This document shows, piece after piece, positions 14,407 to 24,842 of a stretch of DNA of 32,000 bases (position 1 is its first letter; each line of letters opens with the position of its first letter). The notes under the pieces were generated by a model. It ran no database searches and was not told the origin of the DNA. It saw nothing but the letters and a program-made list of their open reading frames with translations. This stretch comes from Candidatus Saccharibacteria bacterium oral taxon 488. GTDB taxonomy: Bacteria > Patescibacteriota > Saccharimonadia > Saccharimonadales > Saccharimonadaceae. The position numbers and the translations under genes are program-made. The stretch spans positions 420,001-452,000 of the forward strand of contig CP047921.1 in NCBI GenBank assembly GCA_010202845.1. Reading direction: 5' to 3'.

Positions 14407-16494
14407 CTAGGCATTGCGCTTCTCGATGATCTCCTGCGCCACGTTTGGCGGTACTTCCTCGTACTGTGCTAGCTCCATGGTGCTGGCGGCGCGACCCTGC
14501 GACATCGAGCGGATGTCTGAGGTGTAGCCAAACATATTTGCTAGCGGCACAAAGGCCTTGACCAATTTGGCGCCGCCCATCAGATCTTCCATAGCGTCGA
14601 TACGGCCGCGGCGTGAATTCAGGTCGCCGATGATGTCGCCCATGAACTCTTCTGGGGTGGTGACTTCGACTTTCATGACTGGCTCAAGCAGAATTGGTGT
14701 GGCTTGCTTGATACCTTCACGAGCTGCCAACGAACCTGCTAGAGAGAAAGCTAGTTCTGAGGAGTCGACATCGTGGTACGAACCATCATACAGCGTCGCC
14801 TTGACATCAACCACTGGATAGCCAGCGATAACGCCGCCCTCCAACGTCTCTTTGATACCCTTCATCACAGCCGGGCGATATTCCTGAGGAACCACACCGC
14901 CTTTAATCTCGTCGATAAATTCAAAGCCTTTGCCAGCTTCGTTTGGCTCAAAGCGTACCCAAACGTCACCGTACTGACCGCGACCACCAGACTGCTTGGC
15001 GTGCTTACCCTGGACTTCGGCGCGGCCCTTGATTGACTCGCGGAAGGCCACTTGTGGCTCACCGATGTTTGCTTCAACCTTGAACTCGCGCTTCATGCGG
15101 TCGATCAAGATATCGAGGTGTAACTCACCCATGCCGGACATGATGGTCTGACCAGTTTCTTCGTCAGTGTGAATACGGAAGGTTGGGTCTTCCTCGGCCA
15201 GGCGCTGCAGGGCGAGTGCCATCTTTTCCTGGTCGGCCTTTGACTTTGGCTCAACGGCGATAGAAACTGGCGGCTCTGGGAACTCGATACTTTCCAGGGC
15301 AATTGGGTGTGCCGGGTCAGTCAGGGTGTTACCGGTACCGGTGTTCTTCAAACCAACCACCGCAGCGATGTCACCAGCACCAATCTTGTCAATCTCCTCA
15401 CGCTTGTCAGCGTGCATGCGCACGATACGGCCGATGCGCTCTTTGTCACCAGTGGTGGTATTCAGGACGTAGCTGCCCGAGCTCAAGACGCCGGAGTAGA
15501 CGCGGATGAAGATCAACTTACCAACAAATGGGTCAGTGGCGATCTTGAACGCCAGGGCGCTCATTGGCTCTTTCTCGTCTGGCTTGCGGCCCACTTCATC
15601 ACCAGTCTTTGGATTCTTACCCCAAATTTCGTCAACGTCCAATGGGCTTGGTAAGAAGTCAACCATCAAGTCAAGCAGCTTCTCGACGATGACGCCGCGG
15701 CCGTCACCGCCAGTCACTAGGTAAAAGTCGCCAGCCAGCACCCGCTTACGCAACGCAGATTTTAGTTCATCAATAGTAATTGCCTCTTCACCCTGGTCGA
15801 GGAACTTCATCATCAATTCATCGTCAGCTTCAACGGCATTCTCCACTAGCAGGGCGCGAGCATTCTTCGCCTTCTCCAGCATGTCGGCTGGGATCTCGCC
15901 GACCTTTAGCTCATGATCAGTGTAGTCATCGTAGGTGTAAGCTTTCATGTCGATGAGGTCAACCACGCCGTTGATAGTCTTTTCAAAACCAATTGGGATG
16001 TGAATCGGAAAGGCTTGTTTACTCAAGCGATTATGAATCGACTCTAGCGATTTCCAAAAGTCGCCGCCGGTCTGGTTGATCTTGTTAACGAAACAGATGC
16101 GTGGCACGCCGTATTTGTTAGCCTGGCGCCACACCGTCTCGGACTGAGCCTCGACACCCATTTTGCCGTCGAATACAGTAACAGCGCCATCGAGCACGCG
16201 CAGCGAACGCTCCACCTCAGCGGTAAAGTCGATGTGCCCTGGGGTGTCGATGATGTTAATCTTATGGTCTTTCCAGAAGCAGGTCACCGCCGCCGAAGTG
16301 ATGGTGATGCCGCGCTCCTTTTCTTGCGCCATCCAGTCGGTGGTAGCACCATCGCCATCACCCTTGACCACGCCAATTTTATGCGTCAAACCAGTGCGGT
16401 ACAAGATGCCCTCAGTGGTCGTCGTTTTACCGGCGTCAATATGGGCAATAATACCAATATTTCTAAAGTTTTGTAATGGAACGTTTGCTGCCAT
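14407..16494 (-). CDS. fusA: Elongation factor G
   Basis: [18 protein letters not shown]1 motif, DTPGHIDF G3 motif, 695 aa. Confidence 0.98.
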   Translation of the reverse strand: MAANVPLQNFRNIGIIAHIDAGKTTTTEGILYRTGLTHKIGVVKGDGDGATTDWMAQEKERGITITSAAVTCFWKDHKINIIDTPGHIDFTAEVERSLRVLDGAVTVFDGKMGVEAQSETVWRQANKYGVPRICFVNKINQTGGDFWKSLESIHNRLSKQAFPIHIPIGFEKTINGVVDLIDMKAYTYDDYTDHELKVGEIPADMLEKAKNARALLVENAVEADDELMMKFLDQGEEAITIDELKSALRKRVLAGDFYLVTGGDGRGVIVEKLLDLMVDFLPSPLDVDEIWGKNPKTGDEVGRKPDEKEPMSALAFKIATDPFVGKLIFIRVYSGVLSSGSYVLNTTTGDKERIGRIVRMHADKREEIDKIGAGDIAAVVGLKNTGTGNTLTDPAHPIALESIEFPEPPVSIAVEPKSKADQEKMALALQRLAEEDPTFRIHTDEETGQTIMSGMGELHLDILIDRMKREFKVEANIGEPQVAFRESIKGRAEVQGKHAKQSGGRGQYGDVWVRFEPNEAGKGFEFIDEIKGGVVPQEYRPAVMKGIKETLEGGVIAGYPVVDVKATLYDGSYHDVDSSELAFSLAGSLAAREGIKQATPILLEPVMKVEVTTPEEFMGDIIGDLNSRRGRIDAMEDLMGGAKLVKAFVPLANMFGYTSDIRSMSQGRAASTMELAQYEEVPPNVAQEIIEKRNA

Positions 16495-16577
16495 TCTTCT
16501 TTCCTTTGTTAAAAATGGTTATTGTTCGAGATTCTCCGGAGCTATTTTTACGCACCAAAAAACTACGCTTGAGCTGT

Positions 16578-16606
16578 ATTATAGCAGACGATCAGCATTT
16601 TGTGAA
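16578..16606 (-). promoter_or_regulatory. Candidate dedicated promoter for fusA
   Basis: Minus strand TTCACA, 17-nt spacer, TGCTATAAT. Confidence 0.5.
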
Positions 16607-16623
16607 TGTGAATGAGCCCTGTC

Positions 16624-17535
16624 TTACCGTGGAATTTGACTACGACCTGATTGGATCCATTGTATTCCCTTGGCTACAAGCAGGTAATCTCTATTTTGAG
16701 CGTCAGACCGACCAAGGAGCGTTGCACGCACCATCATCACCAAAGAATTGTAGCCTTCGGGATCCGTGATAGCCTCTAGGGAGATAGACTGCACATACAT
16801 CGCACCTTTCGCCTCTAATCCAACCCACCCCTCGTTGCGAAAGGCGGGGCCCATATACGTAACGTCATACGGCATATATGAATCAAGTGAAGCCAGCACC
16901 TTGCAATGAATGTTTATCGCCTTAATCACTCGATTGAGGTCTCTATTTGACAATCGCCCAAAAGGAATTTCATCAATCGGAACATCTGCTAGCTCCCTGA
17001 TCATCCGAGCTGAGTCGATACAATTATTGTTTGGATCAACTGGTCGTATATTATTCAAATAATCAAGGACTTCAGGCGTGTACAGCTGTAAAATAGCCTT
17101 GGCCTGTTCAATATCCATCAGCTGCGGAAATTGAATAAGGACATCTAGCGGAACAACATATTGAGTCGTGGTATCCCCTGGTGTTACGCCAAGACCACCA
17201 AGTGCAATTTCTGGATCAGACTTGTTCGCGACAATCAGACAACCGGCGCACTGGAGTTTATGATCTTCAATATATACGTATTCTGCTCCGTTTTTGGTGT
17301 ATTGTTGCACCCATCCGCTTACCGTCATCAGCTGACCTATAAACCCGGCAAATAGTTCTTGGTTAATCTGCACAGTGGCTTCTGGATACTGATGAGGACT
17401 GAGCTTTCGAATGTCGGACGTTCGTTCTCGAGCTAGGCGGAGGACAGTGGCAACTTGCTGATTGAAAACAGCCTTATCAAGTAACGCAAGGTTCTCGGGC
17501 AGCGGGGCGGCAGATGGGCTAGGCTCAGTCGTCAT
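16624..17535 (-). CDS. Hypothetical protein, 303 aa
   Basis: Long ORF between yajQ and fusA. I recognise no motif. Confidence 0.7.
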   Translation of the reverse strand: MTTEPSPSAAPLPENLALLDKAVFNQQVATVLRLARERTSDIRKLSPHQYPEATVQINQELFAGFIGQLMTVSGWVQQYTKNGAEYVYIEDHKLQCAGCLIVANKSDPEIALGGLGVTPGDTTTQYVVPLDVLIQFPQLMDIEQAKAILQLYTPEVLDYLNNIRPVDPNNNCIDSARMIRELADVPIDEIPFGRLSNRDLNRVIKAINIHCKVLASLDSYMPYDVTYMGPAFRNEGWVGLEAKGAMYVQSISLEAITDPEGYNSLVMMVRATLLGRSDAQNRDYLLVAKGIQWIQSGRSQIPR

Positions 17536-17588
17536 CCCTTAATCATACGGCGTAAAAGCCGACTGACGCAACCATAACCGTAAAGCTC

Positions 17589-18083
17589 TTAGCGATAATT
17601 CACGCACTGCAGCGGCGTGTCATAATCATTCTCACGCACTAAACTAATGACTTTTTGCAACTCATCTTTCGAGGCGGAAGTGACGCGGACAAGGTCGCCT
17701 TGGATTTGCGGCTTGGCTTTGGGCGCGTTAGTACGAATATCGGCGGCAATGCGCTTGGCGGTCGGCTGGTCGAGGCCCTGTTTGAAGGGAATTTCCCACG
17801 TGGTTTTGAGATTTGAGGTGACTTTTTCTTTGGCGAGGTCGAGGACCTTGCTCGACTGACCCCGGGCCGCCAGTTTCTTGCGCACGATATCCAGCACCGC
17901 ATCAACCTGCCAGTCGTTATCGCCGGTGAGCTTGAATCCTTTTTTATCATCCAGCCAGTCAATCCCAGCATTCGTTCCCTTAAAATCGTACCGCCCTTGG
18001 ATTTCTTTTTCCGCCTGCATGAAAACATTATTTAGCTCGGCTTTGTCAATTTCTGACACGATGTCAAATGAAAAACTTGTCAT
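17589..18083 (-). CDS. yajQ: YajQ-family (UPF0234) nucleotide-binding protein
   Basis: It aligns end to end with E. coli YajQ as I recall it: SFDIVSEID, RYDFKG, PKAKPQIQGDLVRVTSASKDELQ, PLQCVNYR. Confidence 0.9.
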   Translation of the reverse strand: MTSFSFDIVSEIDKAELNNVFMQAEKEIQGRYDFKGTNAGIDWLDDKKGFKLTGDNDWQVDAVLDIVRKKLAARGQSSKVLDLAKEKVTSNLKTTWEIPFKQGLDQPTAKRIAADIRTNAPKAKPQIQGDLVRVTSASKDELQKVISLVRENDYDTPLQCVNYR

Positions 18084-18102
18084 TTACCCCTCCTCGTTTT
18101 CT

Positions 18103-18110
18103 CCATTATA
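18103..18110 (-). promoter_or_regulatory. Extended -10 element (TGTTATAAT) for yajQ, immediately after the rpsG terminator
   Basis: Minus strand TTTTTGTTATAATGGAG, then GAGGAGGGG SD 5 nt before the ATG. Confidence 0.4.
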
Positions 18111-18139
18111 ACAAAAATCGCCCGTTTTTCAGAGCGATT
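18111..18139 (-). terminator. Rho-independent terminator after rpsG
   Basis: Minus strand ATCGCTC-TGAAAAAC-GGGCGAT followed by TTTTTGT. Confidence 0.6.
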
Positions 18140-18163
18140 TCTGAGTTTACATTTTCCCGACAA

Positions 18164-18643
18164 TTAGCCGCGAGCAAAGTGCGCAAAGGCGCGGTTGGCT
18201 TCGGCCATCTTGTGGGTGTCTTCTTTCTTCTTGAAGGCAGCACCAGCTTCGTTGTAGGCGTCAACGATTTCCAATGCCAAACGCTGCGAGTACGGCATAC
18301 CCTGTCGAGCACGAGCCGACTGTACTAGCCAGCTAAACGCATAGTGCAACTGCCGATGTCCCTGAACTGGGAACGGGATCTGGTAGTTCGCACCACCGAC
18401 GCGGCGACTCTTCACTTCAAAGTTTGGGCTAACGTTTTTCAAGGCTTTTTCAAACACTGCCAATGGATCTTCTGAATCCAATTTCTTGGCAGCCGTTTCC
18501 AGCGCGGTGTAAACAGCACGTTCAGCCGCTAACTTCTTGCCGTCCAGCATTGACTTATTGATCAAGCGCTGTACTAACACGCTTTGGTAGCGGCGGTCAG
18601 GTTGCAATTGGCGTTGTAATTTCTTGGTAACTTTACGAGGCAT
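18164..18643 (-). CDS. rpsG: 30S ribosomal protein S7
   Basis: MPRKVTKKLQRQLQPDRRY and GGANYQIPFPV motifs. Confidence 0.97.
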   Translation of the reverse strand: MPRKVTKKLQRQLQPDRRYQSVLVQRLINKSMLDGKKLAAERAVYTALETAAKKLDSEDPLAVFEKALKNVSPNFEVKSRRVGGANYQIPFPVQGHRQLHYAFSWLVQSARARQGMPYSQRLALEIVDAYNEAGAAFKKKEDTHKMAEANRAFAHFARG

Positions 18644-18645
18644 GA

Positions 18646-19059
18646 TTACTTATCCCCTTTCTTAGTACCGTACTTTGAACGGCCCCGCTTGCGGTTGTTG
18701 ACACCCTGAAGGTCCAACGCACCGCGGACGATGTGATAACGCACACCTGGAAGGTCAGGCACGCGGCCGCCGCGTATCAAAACCACAGCATGCTCCTGCA
18801 AGTTATGGCCTTCACCGCCGATGTAAGCCCAGACTTCGTAGCCGTTGTTTAGTTTCACACGAGCAACTTTACGCAGCGCTGAGTTTGGTTTCTTTGGCGT
18901 CTTGGTCGTCACACGCACACACACACCACGCTTGAGCGGTGCATTTTGGTCGTAGTAACGCGTTTTCAGGGCGTTATGAATGCGACCCAGTGCTGGCGAC
19001 TTGGACTTTTTCTTAGCCGTTTGGCGCGGTTTGCGCACCAACTGGTTGATTGTTGGCAT
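18646..19059 (-). CDS. rpsL: 30S ribosomal protein S12
   Basis: [13 protein letters not shown] and [15 protein letters not shown]. Confidence 0.98.
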   Translation of the reverse strand: MPTINQLVRKPRQTAKKKSKSPALGRIHNALKTRYYDQNAPLKRGVCVRVTTKTPKKPNSALRKVARVKLNNGYEVWAYIGGEGHNLQEHAVVLIRGGRVPDLPGVRYHIVRGALDLQGVNNRKRGRSKYGTKKGDK

Positions 19060-19267
19060 CCAATTTCTCCTTGGTTGATTTACTAATTATGGCGATTCGC
19101 CTGGTGGCGTAGAGTGAACTGGCGGCAGCGTTTGCACGCAAAAACTAGCTTCTCTTAGCGCCTACGGCTTGGATTCAGCAACTCCGCCCCGTGTCTATAC
19201 CTTTTCTGCCGAGCGTGCAGCCTGTACACATTCAAACCACCGCGCACCCCGAAAAGAGGAAACTCTG
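19060..19267 (-). promoter_or_regulatory. Long GC-rich 5' leader of rpsL, about 200 nt, candidate cis-regulatory RNA
   Basis: It lies between the predicted promoter and the rpsL SD AAGGAGA. It contains several mutually exclusive complementary segments. Confidence 0.4.
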
Positions 19268-19273
19268 GGGGTC

Positions 19274-19303
19274 ATTATAACACAGGTTCAGCCGATACTT
19301 CAA
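19274..19303 (-). promoter_or_regulatory. Candidate promoter of rpsL-rpsG
   Basis: Minus strand TTGAAG, 18-nt spacer, TGTTATAAT. Confidence 0.55.
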
Positions 19304-19367
19304 GTGGCGGCCCTCTTTAGATCTCTTACACGAGGAATACGCCTGCTACACGCCGCGTTGTATCGTA

Positions 19368-20816
19368 TCAGTTGTCGCTATTATTCTGATATCGCACGCC
19401 ACGTGCATCCATCAGTTTATCAAAGTCAGTACTTATCTCCTCAGTACGAGGTACACGACGCGACGTGTCGATATCAGCCTTGAAGAACTGGACTGTTACC
19501 AATGTGTAGCCGGGCTTATGCTCATGCCTATTACCAATATCAACGATTCTGTATGCATTTGCACCACGAGGTTTTATTCTGCGCACCTGATCAAGTGTAT
19601 AACGCAGAAAGAATTCCTCATCTACCATAAAAGTCTTACATTCCCCAACTGGAGTACATGATTTCACCAGATACTCCATGTCACTAGAGTCCATGTATGG
19701 TTTCTTTAGAGAATCTTTTGGATAACGTGTGAACGTCTTTCCTCCAATGTCACCCAGTCGCACAGGCGTAATCACTGACACATTCTCTCCATCAGTCGAC
19801 CGCATGAACCGTTCTGGGTCTTCAGATAGTATTTCTTCTGCTGTAGGTAGTTTGCCGATACCGGCTTCTATATCTGCTTCTTTTGGCACAGCCACAAAGT
19901 TACTAAAGGATCCTGGATCGGCAAAATATGGACTAATCAGCATCTCGTTTCGCCTAGCATACAGTGCTTGAAAATCTCCAATACCAAGTATATGCGCCGC
20001 GGCATTCCTCCCTAAAGCAGCAATTCGTTCCATATGTTCTGTATATGATAGATGACGAGGCATTGGTTCGCTTAAATCATGCCCCCTGGTCTCGAAGACA
20101 GGTTCAATAATGTGCACAGGATCTCCATATATCAGTCTCCCGGCTCGTCTCAATACGTCTTCTGCTAGGTTTGCCTGCGTACATAGATATCTACATGCCT
20201 GCGAGCCCAAACGCATCCTTGTCAGCGGATCACGCATAGCCTGATGTAGGTCGAGTAGCCTCTCACCATTCGCAGCGAGGCATCTCTTCCTTACAAAATT
20301 CTCATAGTCTACTTTATCAAGCACGGTTACTTCTGGAATATTGACATCATCCTTATATACCTGCCCAGCCGAGGGAACAAAAGCATCGACATCAATAACC
20401 TTCACCTCCCCGTAGTCACCATTTTCTAGACTACGAAACTGCTCCGTACTAATTACCCCTCCTGGGTTTTCTTGAAGATCATGGTCATAGGCCTCCGTGA
20501 TTCCATCTAACGTAGACAGCGGACCAACACCATGAGCCACGATGATTTTTTGGCGATGATCAGCACCCGTTCCGACATATTCACCACTTGCACTAGTGTA
20601 AGCCTGATTCCATGCCCTCATGAGCGGCACTTCATCCCTCCCCATTTTACCGTGATGATTTCCATAGAAAGACTTATGAGCCGCCTCTCTTGCTTCAATG
20701 ATCTCCGGGAGTGTCGCGATATGCCCTCCTTCACCAGCATACCGCAGGGCGTATTTCCAAGCAGTTTCTATATCCCGATTTCCTGCTGACATCAATGGAC
20801 GACCGCGTTCTGACAT
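19368..20816 (-). CDS. Hypothetical protein, 482 aa
   Basis: Long ORF with GGAG SD and a consensus promoter. It looks more AT-rich than the flanking rpoC and rpsL. I recognise no motif. Confidence 0.75.
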   Translation of the reverse strand: MSERGRPLMSAGNRDIETAWKYALRYAGEGGHIATLPEIIEAREAAHKSFYGNHHGKMGRDEVPLMRAWNQAYTSASGEYVGTGADHRQKIIVAHGVGPLSTLDGITEAYDHDLQENPGGVISTEQFRSLENGDYGEVKVIDVDAFVPSAGQVYKDDVNIPEVTVLDKVDYENFVRKRCLAANGERLLDLHQAMRDPLTRMRLGSQACRYLCTQANLAEDVLRRAGRLIYGDPVHIIEPVFETRGHDLSEPMPRHLSYTEHMERIAALGRNAAAHILGIGDFQALYARRNEMLISPYFADPGSFSNFVAVPKEADIEAGIGKLPTAEEILSEDPERFMRSTDGENVSVITPVRLGDIGGKTFTRYPKDSLKKPYMDSSDMEYLVKSCTPVGECKTFMVDEEFFLRYTLDQVRRIKPRGANAYRIVDIGNRHEHKPGYTLVTVQFFKADIDTSRRVPRTEEISTDFDKLMDARGVRYQNNSDN

Positions 20817-20875
20817 ATCTTCTCCTATATTTTTAATAAAATAGTCTACCTATGATAATGCCCACACATTTTATG

Positions 20876-20904
20876 ATTATACATACTTATTGTATTATCG
20901 TCAA
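20876..20904 (-). promoter_or_regulatory. Consensus promoter for the 482-aa ORF
   Basis: Minus strand TTGACG, 17-nt spacer, TATAAT, in an AT-rich spacer region. Confidence 0.6.
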
Positions 20905-20935
20905 TCTATATAACTAGTCTATCGCTACTGAATAC

Positions 20936-20970
20936 AGCAAAAACCGCCCCGTACCCATCGGAGCGGTTTT
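20936..20970 (-). terminator. Strong rho-independent terminator after rpoC
   Basis: Minus strand CCGCTCCG-ATGGGTA-CGGGGCGG (8 bp including one G-U pair) followed by TTTTTGCTG. Confidence 0.8.
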
Positions 20971-20992
20971 CTGAGAAAGGAAGCTAGTTGGC

Positions 20993-23900
20993 TTATACGG
21001 CTACAGCTAATTCCTCTTCCTGACTGTCTGCGAACTCGTCCTCGCTTGGCTCGTCGGTTTCCGTTTCTTCAACGACACCAGTTCCCACTGGGATCTTGCG
21101 GCCGATGATGACGTTTTCCTTGAGGCCATGCAAGTGGTCAGCGCGGCCAGATACGGCAGCGTTGATCAGCACGCGAGTGGTGTCCTGGAAGGACGCAGCA
21201 GATAGCCATGAGTCGCTCCAGATGGACACCTTGGTGATACCGAGCAGCAACTGAGTGTAACTGATGAGATTTTTACCCTCAGCAGCCAGTTGCTTGTTGG
21301 TGTTCACCACCGCAGCCTTAGAGACGATGTCACCAGTCACAAAGTCGCTATCGCCCGCATCTTCGATCTGGACGCGGCTGAACATCTGGCGAACGATGAT
21401 CTCCAGGTGCTTGTCGGCCACGTCTTGACCCTGAGCGGCGTAAATGCGCAGGACTTCGTTAATGATGTAGCGCTGCGTAGCTTCGACACCCTTGAGACGC
21501 ATCAAGTCGTGCAGATTCAATGAACCGGCTGTCAAGCGGTCACCAGCCTCAACGACGTCATTAGCCTTAACAACCAACTGCATGGTGCCTGGGATTTCGT
21601 AACGAGCTGGTGCGCCGGCTTCAGCGGCGATGACCAAGGTGTCCTCAGCCGCCTCAACCACACCGTCAAATGGTGCGACCAGCGGACGAGTGTCGCCTTC
21701 GCCAGTTGCCAATACGTCGCCAGCCTTGACGCTTGAACCGGCCTTGACCACGATGGTTCGGCCGTCTAGCGGCAAGCGCTCAACCTTACCAGATTCTGGG
21801 GTAACTTGGACGATGTACTTTTTGCCATCTTCCCAAACGTCAACTAACCCGGCAATTTCCGTAACAAACGCCTGACCCTTTGGTGTACGCGCCTCAAACA
21901 ATTCTTCAACACGCGGCAGACCCTGGGTGATGTCACCACCGGCCACACCGGAGTTGTGGAAAGTACGCAAGGTCAGCTGAGTACCTGGCTCACCGACTGA
22001 CTGAGCAGCGATGACACCGACTGGCTGATGATTACCAACCAATTTACCAGTTGACATGTCAACACCGTAGCTGCGCTGCGGGATGCCGTTGAGGTTGTTG
22101 GTTGACAGGACTGATTGAATCTTGACGCTCTGGATGCTTTCATCGTCATCAATTGAGTCAGCAATTTCCCGAGTGATCAATTCGTCCTTGTTGATGTGAC
22201 CCGGAATCGTCTCAGCAGCATACCGACCAGCCAAGCGGTTCGAGAAGTCGATCATCGTTTCCTCAGTTTCTGAGCGGTAGATCGCGTAACCTTCGTCGTC
22301 ACCTTCAACGTCCTCAACGGTGAAGACGTCCTGTGCCACATCAACTAAACGTCGCGTCAGGTAGCCTGAGTCGGCAGTCTTCAAAGCGGTGTCGATCAGA
22401 CCCTTACGCGCACCACGGGTCGCCACGAAGGCCTCCAGGCTGGACAAACCACCGGTGTAGGAACTACGGATTGGCAGCTCGATCTCGCGGTTAGCCGCGT
22501 CAACCTGGATACCGATCATGGCGCTGGCCAGCTTGACATTGGAGATATCACCACGAGCACCAGAGTTGACCATCATCGAGATACTGGTGTCCATGTGCGC
22601 CAGCTGATCCTGGAGGAAGGCCGTAATCTTATTATCCACATTTCGCCAGGCATTCACCGTCAAGTTGTAACGCTCGTCCTCGGTGATCAAACCTTGGTCG
22701 AATTGCTCGGAAATCAAGGCCGCCTTGGCGTCACCCTCAGCCACGAACTCAGCGATCTCGTCAAAGTGCACGTAGTCGGTCATACCAGTTGACACGGCCG
22801 CGGTTGTCGCGAAGCGGAAAGCCTGACCCTTCATGCGGTCAGCGATTTTGGCAGTTTCCTCGGCACCGTACTTGTTGAAGATCTGTGCCAATACTTTTTT
22901 CAGCTGCTTCTTGGTCTGAACGTTGTTGTCGTATGGGAAGTCCTCTGGCAGAATCTCATTAAAGAAGACCCGGCCCAAGGTTGTCTGGCGCAGCTTGCCC
23001 TTGGCATAGATGCGAATTGGCGTTTGCAGTTGAATATCACCCTTGTCGTACGCCAGTTCCGCCTCGTAGACCGAGCTAAATGCCTTGACATTATCAGTTT
23101 GCGCCTGCGGCTTGTCATAGGTCAGGTAATAGTTACCCAGCACGATGTCCTGCGAGATATGCAGCACCGGCGCACCGTCGGCAGGCTTCAATAGGTTGTT
23201 GGTGGCGCTCATCAACTCGCGCGCCTCGGCCTGCGCTTCCTTGGAAAGCGGCAGGTGGACAGCCATCTGGTCACCGTCAAAGTCGGCGTTAAAGCCGGCA
23301 CAGACCAGCGGGTGAAGCTGAATCGCCTTACCCTCGACGAGGACTGGCTGGAAGGACTGAATTGACAAGCGGTGCAAGCTCGGTGCGCGGTTGAGCAGCA
23401 CGTACTTGCCCTTGATCGCCTCGTCAAGCGCGTCCCAAACGACCGCCTCACCCGACTCAATCAGGCGAGTTGCTGAGCGGATGTTGTGGGCAAATTCGCC
23501 CTTGATCAGCCAGCTGATGACGAACGGCTTGAATAGTTCCAGCGCCATTTGCTTTGGCAGACCGCACTGATTGATCTTTAGCTTCGGGCCGACGACAATG
23601 ACCGAGCGACCAGAGTAATCGACGCGCTTACCGAGCAGATTCTGGCGGAAGCGGCCTTGCTTGCCTTTGAGCATGTCGCTGATTGACTTGAGGCGACGAC
23701 GGCTACCAGTCGAGCTGACTGCCCGACCACCACGCGCCGCTGCATTGTCGATCAAGGCATCGACGGCCTCTTGCAGCATGCGTCGTTCATTGCGCTGAAT
23801 CACTTCTGGTGCATTGAGCTCGACCAGTTTCTTCAGACGATTGTTACGGTTGATGATGCGGCGGTACAGGTCGTTCAGGTCTGAGGTAGCGAATCGACCA

Positions 23901-24841
23901 CCACTGAGGGCCACCATCGGGCGGAGGTCCGGTGGGATGACCGGCAGCACGGTCAGGCAGAGGCTGGATGGCTTGATGCCAGCAGCCTGCATGCTCTCGA
24001 GCATCTTTAGGCGCTTGAGCAGTTTCTTCTCACGCTGACCCTTGGCGTGTTCAGCCTCCTCGCTCAGCTGGGCGATCAGTTCTGACAGATCAATCTCATC
24101 CAGCAGTGCCTTGAGCGCACTGGCACCCATGCCGACCTCAATCAGCTCATCGTACTCCTCTGGCAGGTTGCGATAATCCGTCTCTGAGATCAGCGCACCC
24201 TTGATGAGGCTCTCGAGCTGTGATTTCTTCGTGGTGTACTTATCGTTAAGTTCCTCAACCTCGCGGCTTTGTTCTTTCGCCAGCTGCTTGATATCAGCGC
24301 CGTCAGCCTCGGCGAGCTGCTCGTAGCGCATCTTGATCGCCATTCGGCCAGCCTCGGTCTCGGCCTCCAGATCCGCCAGGTATTGGTCGCGCGTGACTTC
24401 ATCAACCTTGAGAATGACATAGGTCGCAAAGTAAGCGATCCGCTCGATATTACGCACCGTCATCCCGAGGAGCAAGCTCATGGCGCTTGGTGTGCCGCGC
24501 ATAAACCAGATGTGCGCGACTGGCGCGGCCAGTTGAATGTGGCCCATGCGCTCGCGGCGAACGATTGATTTGGTAACGAGTTCGCCGTTTTTATCGACGG
24601 CAGCCTCGCGTGAACGCACGCCCTTGAGCTTGGAATCATGCGGGTTGATGTCCTTGACCGGGCCAAAGATTCGCTCGCAGAACAAACCGTCGCGCTCTGG
24701 CTTTTGGGTGCGATAATTGATCGTCTCTGGCTTGAGAACCTCGCCGTGACTCCACTTTAGGATGTCCTCGGCGCTGGCCACCGCTAGGCGCACCGCATCA
24801 AAATCGCTAATTCCGGTCGCGTTAAATGAATATTGCGCCAT
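20993..24841 (-). CDS. rpoC: DNA-directed RNA polymerase subunit beta-prime
   Basis: 1282 aa. NADFDGDQM catalytic motif and an acidic C-terminal tail. Confidence 0.99.
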   Translation of the reverse strand: MAQYSFNATGISDFDAVRLAVASAEDILKWSHGEVLKPETINYRTQKPERDGLFCERIFGPVKDINPHDSKLKGVRSREAAVDKNGELVTKSIVRRERMGHIQLAAPVAHIWFMRGTPSAMSLLLGMTVRNIERIAYFATYVILKVDEVTRDQYLADLEAETEAGRMAIKMRYEQLAEADGADIKQLAKEQSREVEELNDKYTTKKSQLESLIKGALISETDYRNLPEEYDELIEVGMGASALKALLDEIDLSELIAQLSEEAEHAKGQREKKLLKRLKMLESMQAAGIKPSSLCLTVLPVIPPDLRPMVALSGGRFATSDLNDLYRRIINRNNRLKKLVELNAPEVIQRNERRMLQEAVDALIDNAAARGGRAVSSTGSRRRLKSISDMLKGKQGRFRQNLLGKRVDYSGRSVIVVGPKLKINQCGLPKQMALELFKPFVISWLIKGEFAHNIRSATRLIESGEAVVWDALDEAIKGKYVLLNRAPSLHRLSIQSFQPVLVEGKAIQLHPLVCAGFNADFDGDQMAVHLPLSKEAQAEARELMSATNNLLKPADGAPVLHISQDIVLGNYYLTYDKPQAQTDNVKAFSSVYEAELAYDKGDIQLQTPIRIYAKGKLRQTTLGRVFFNEILPEDFPYDNNVQTKKQLKKVLAQIFNKYGAEETAKIADRMKGQAFRFATTAAVSTGMTDYVHFDEIAEFVAEGDAKAALISEQFDQGLITEDERYNLTVNAWRNVDNKITAFLQDQLAHMDTSISMMVNSGARGDISNVKLASAMIGIQVDAANREIELPIRSSYTGGLSSLEAFVATRGARKGLIDTALKTADSGYLTRRLVDVAQDVFTVEDVEGDDEGYAIYRSETEETMIDFSNRLAGRYAAETIPGHINKDELITREIADSIDDDESIQSVKIQSVLSTNNLNGIPQRSYGVDMSTGKLVGNHQPVGVIAAQSVGEPGTQLTLRTFHNSGVAGGDITQGLPRVEELFEARTPKGQAFVTEIAGLVDVWEDGKKYIVQVTPESGKVERLPLDGRTIVVKAGSSVKAGDVLATGEGDTRPLVAPFDGVVEAAEDTLVIAAEAGAPARYEIPGTMQLVVKANDVVEAGDRLTAGSLNLHDLMRLKGVEATQRYIINEVLRIYAAQGQDVADKHLEIIVRQMFSRVQIEDAGDSDFVTGDIVSKAAVVNTNKQLAAEGKNLISYTQLLLGITKVSIWSDSWLSAASFQDTTRVLINAAVSGRADHLHGLKENVIIGRKIPVGTGVVEETETDEPSEDEFADSQEEELAVAV

Positions 24842-24842
24842 C

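Noticed and set aside
17536-17588. Possible promoter (TTGCGT, 18-nt spacer, TATGAT) and weak hairpins between yajQ and orf303.
   Set aside because: The hexamers are mediocre, there is no extended -10, and the hairpins have only 4-bp stems. The evidence is too weak to report as a feature, and yajQ and orf303 may simply be co-transcribed.
17639-18028. 129-aa alternative-frame ORF on the same strand inside yajQ. A similar case is 12758-13039 inside rplC.
   Set aside because: The overlapping frames give full-length matches to YajQ and L3. The alternative frames are Arg/Ser/Lys-rich, as expected for out-of-frame artefacts.
19169-19483. 104-aa plus-strand ORF in the rpsL upstream region.
   Set aside because: It has a TTG start and no SD or promoter. 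It overlaps the 3' end of the 482-aa gene in antisense and spans the predicted rpsL promoter and leader. It is more likely noncoding.
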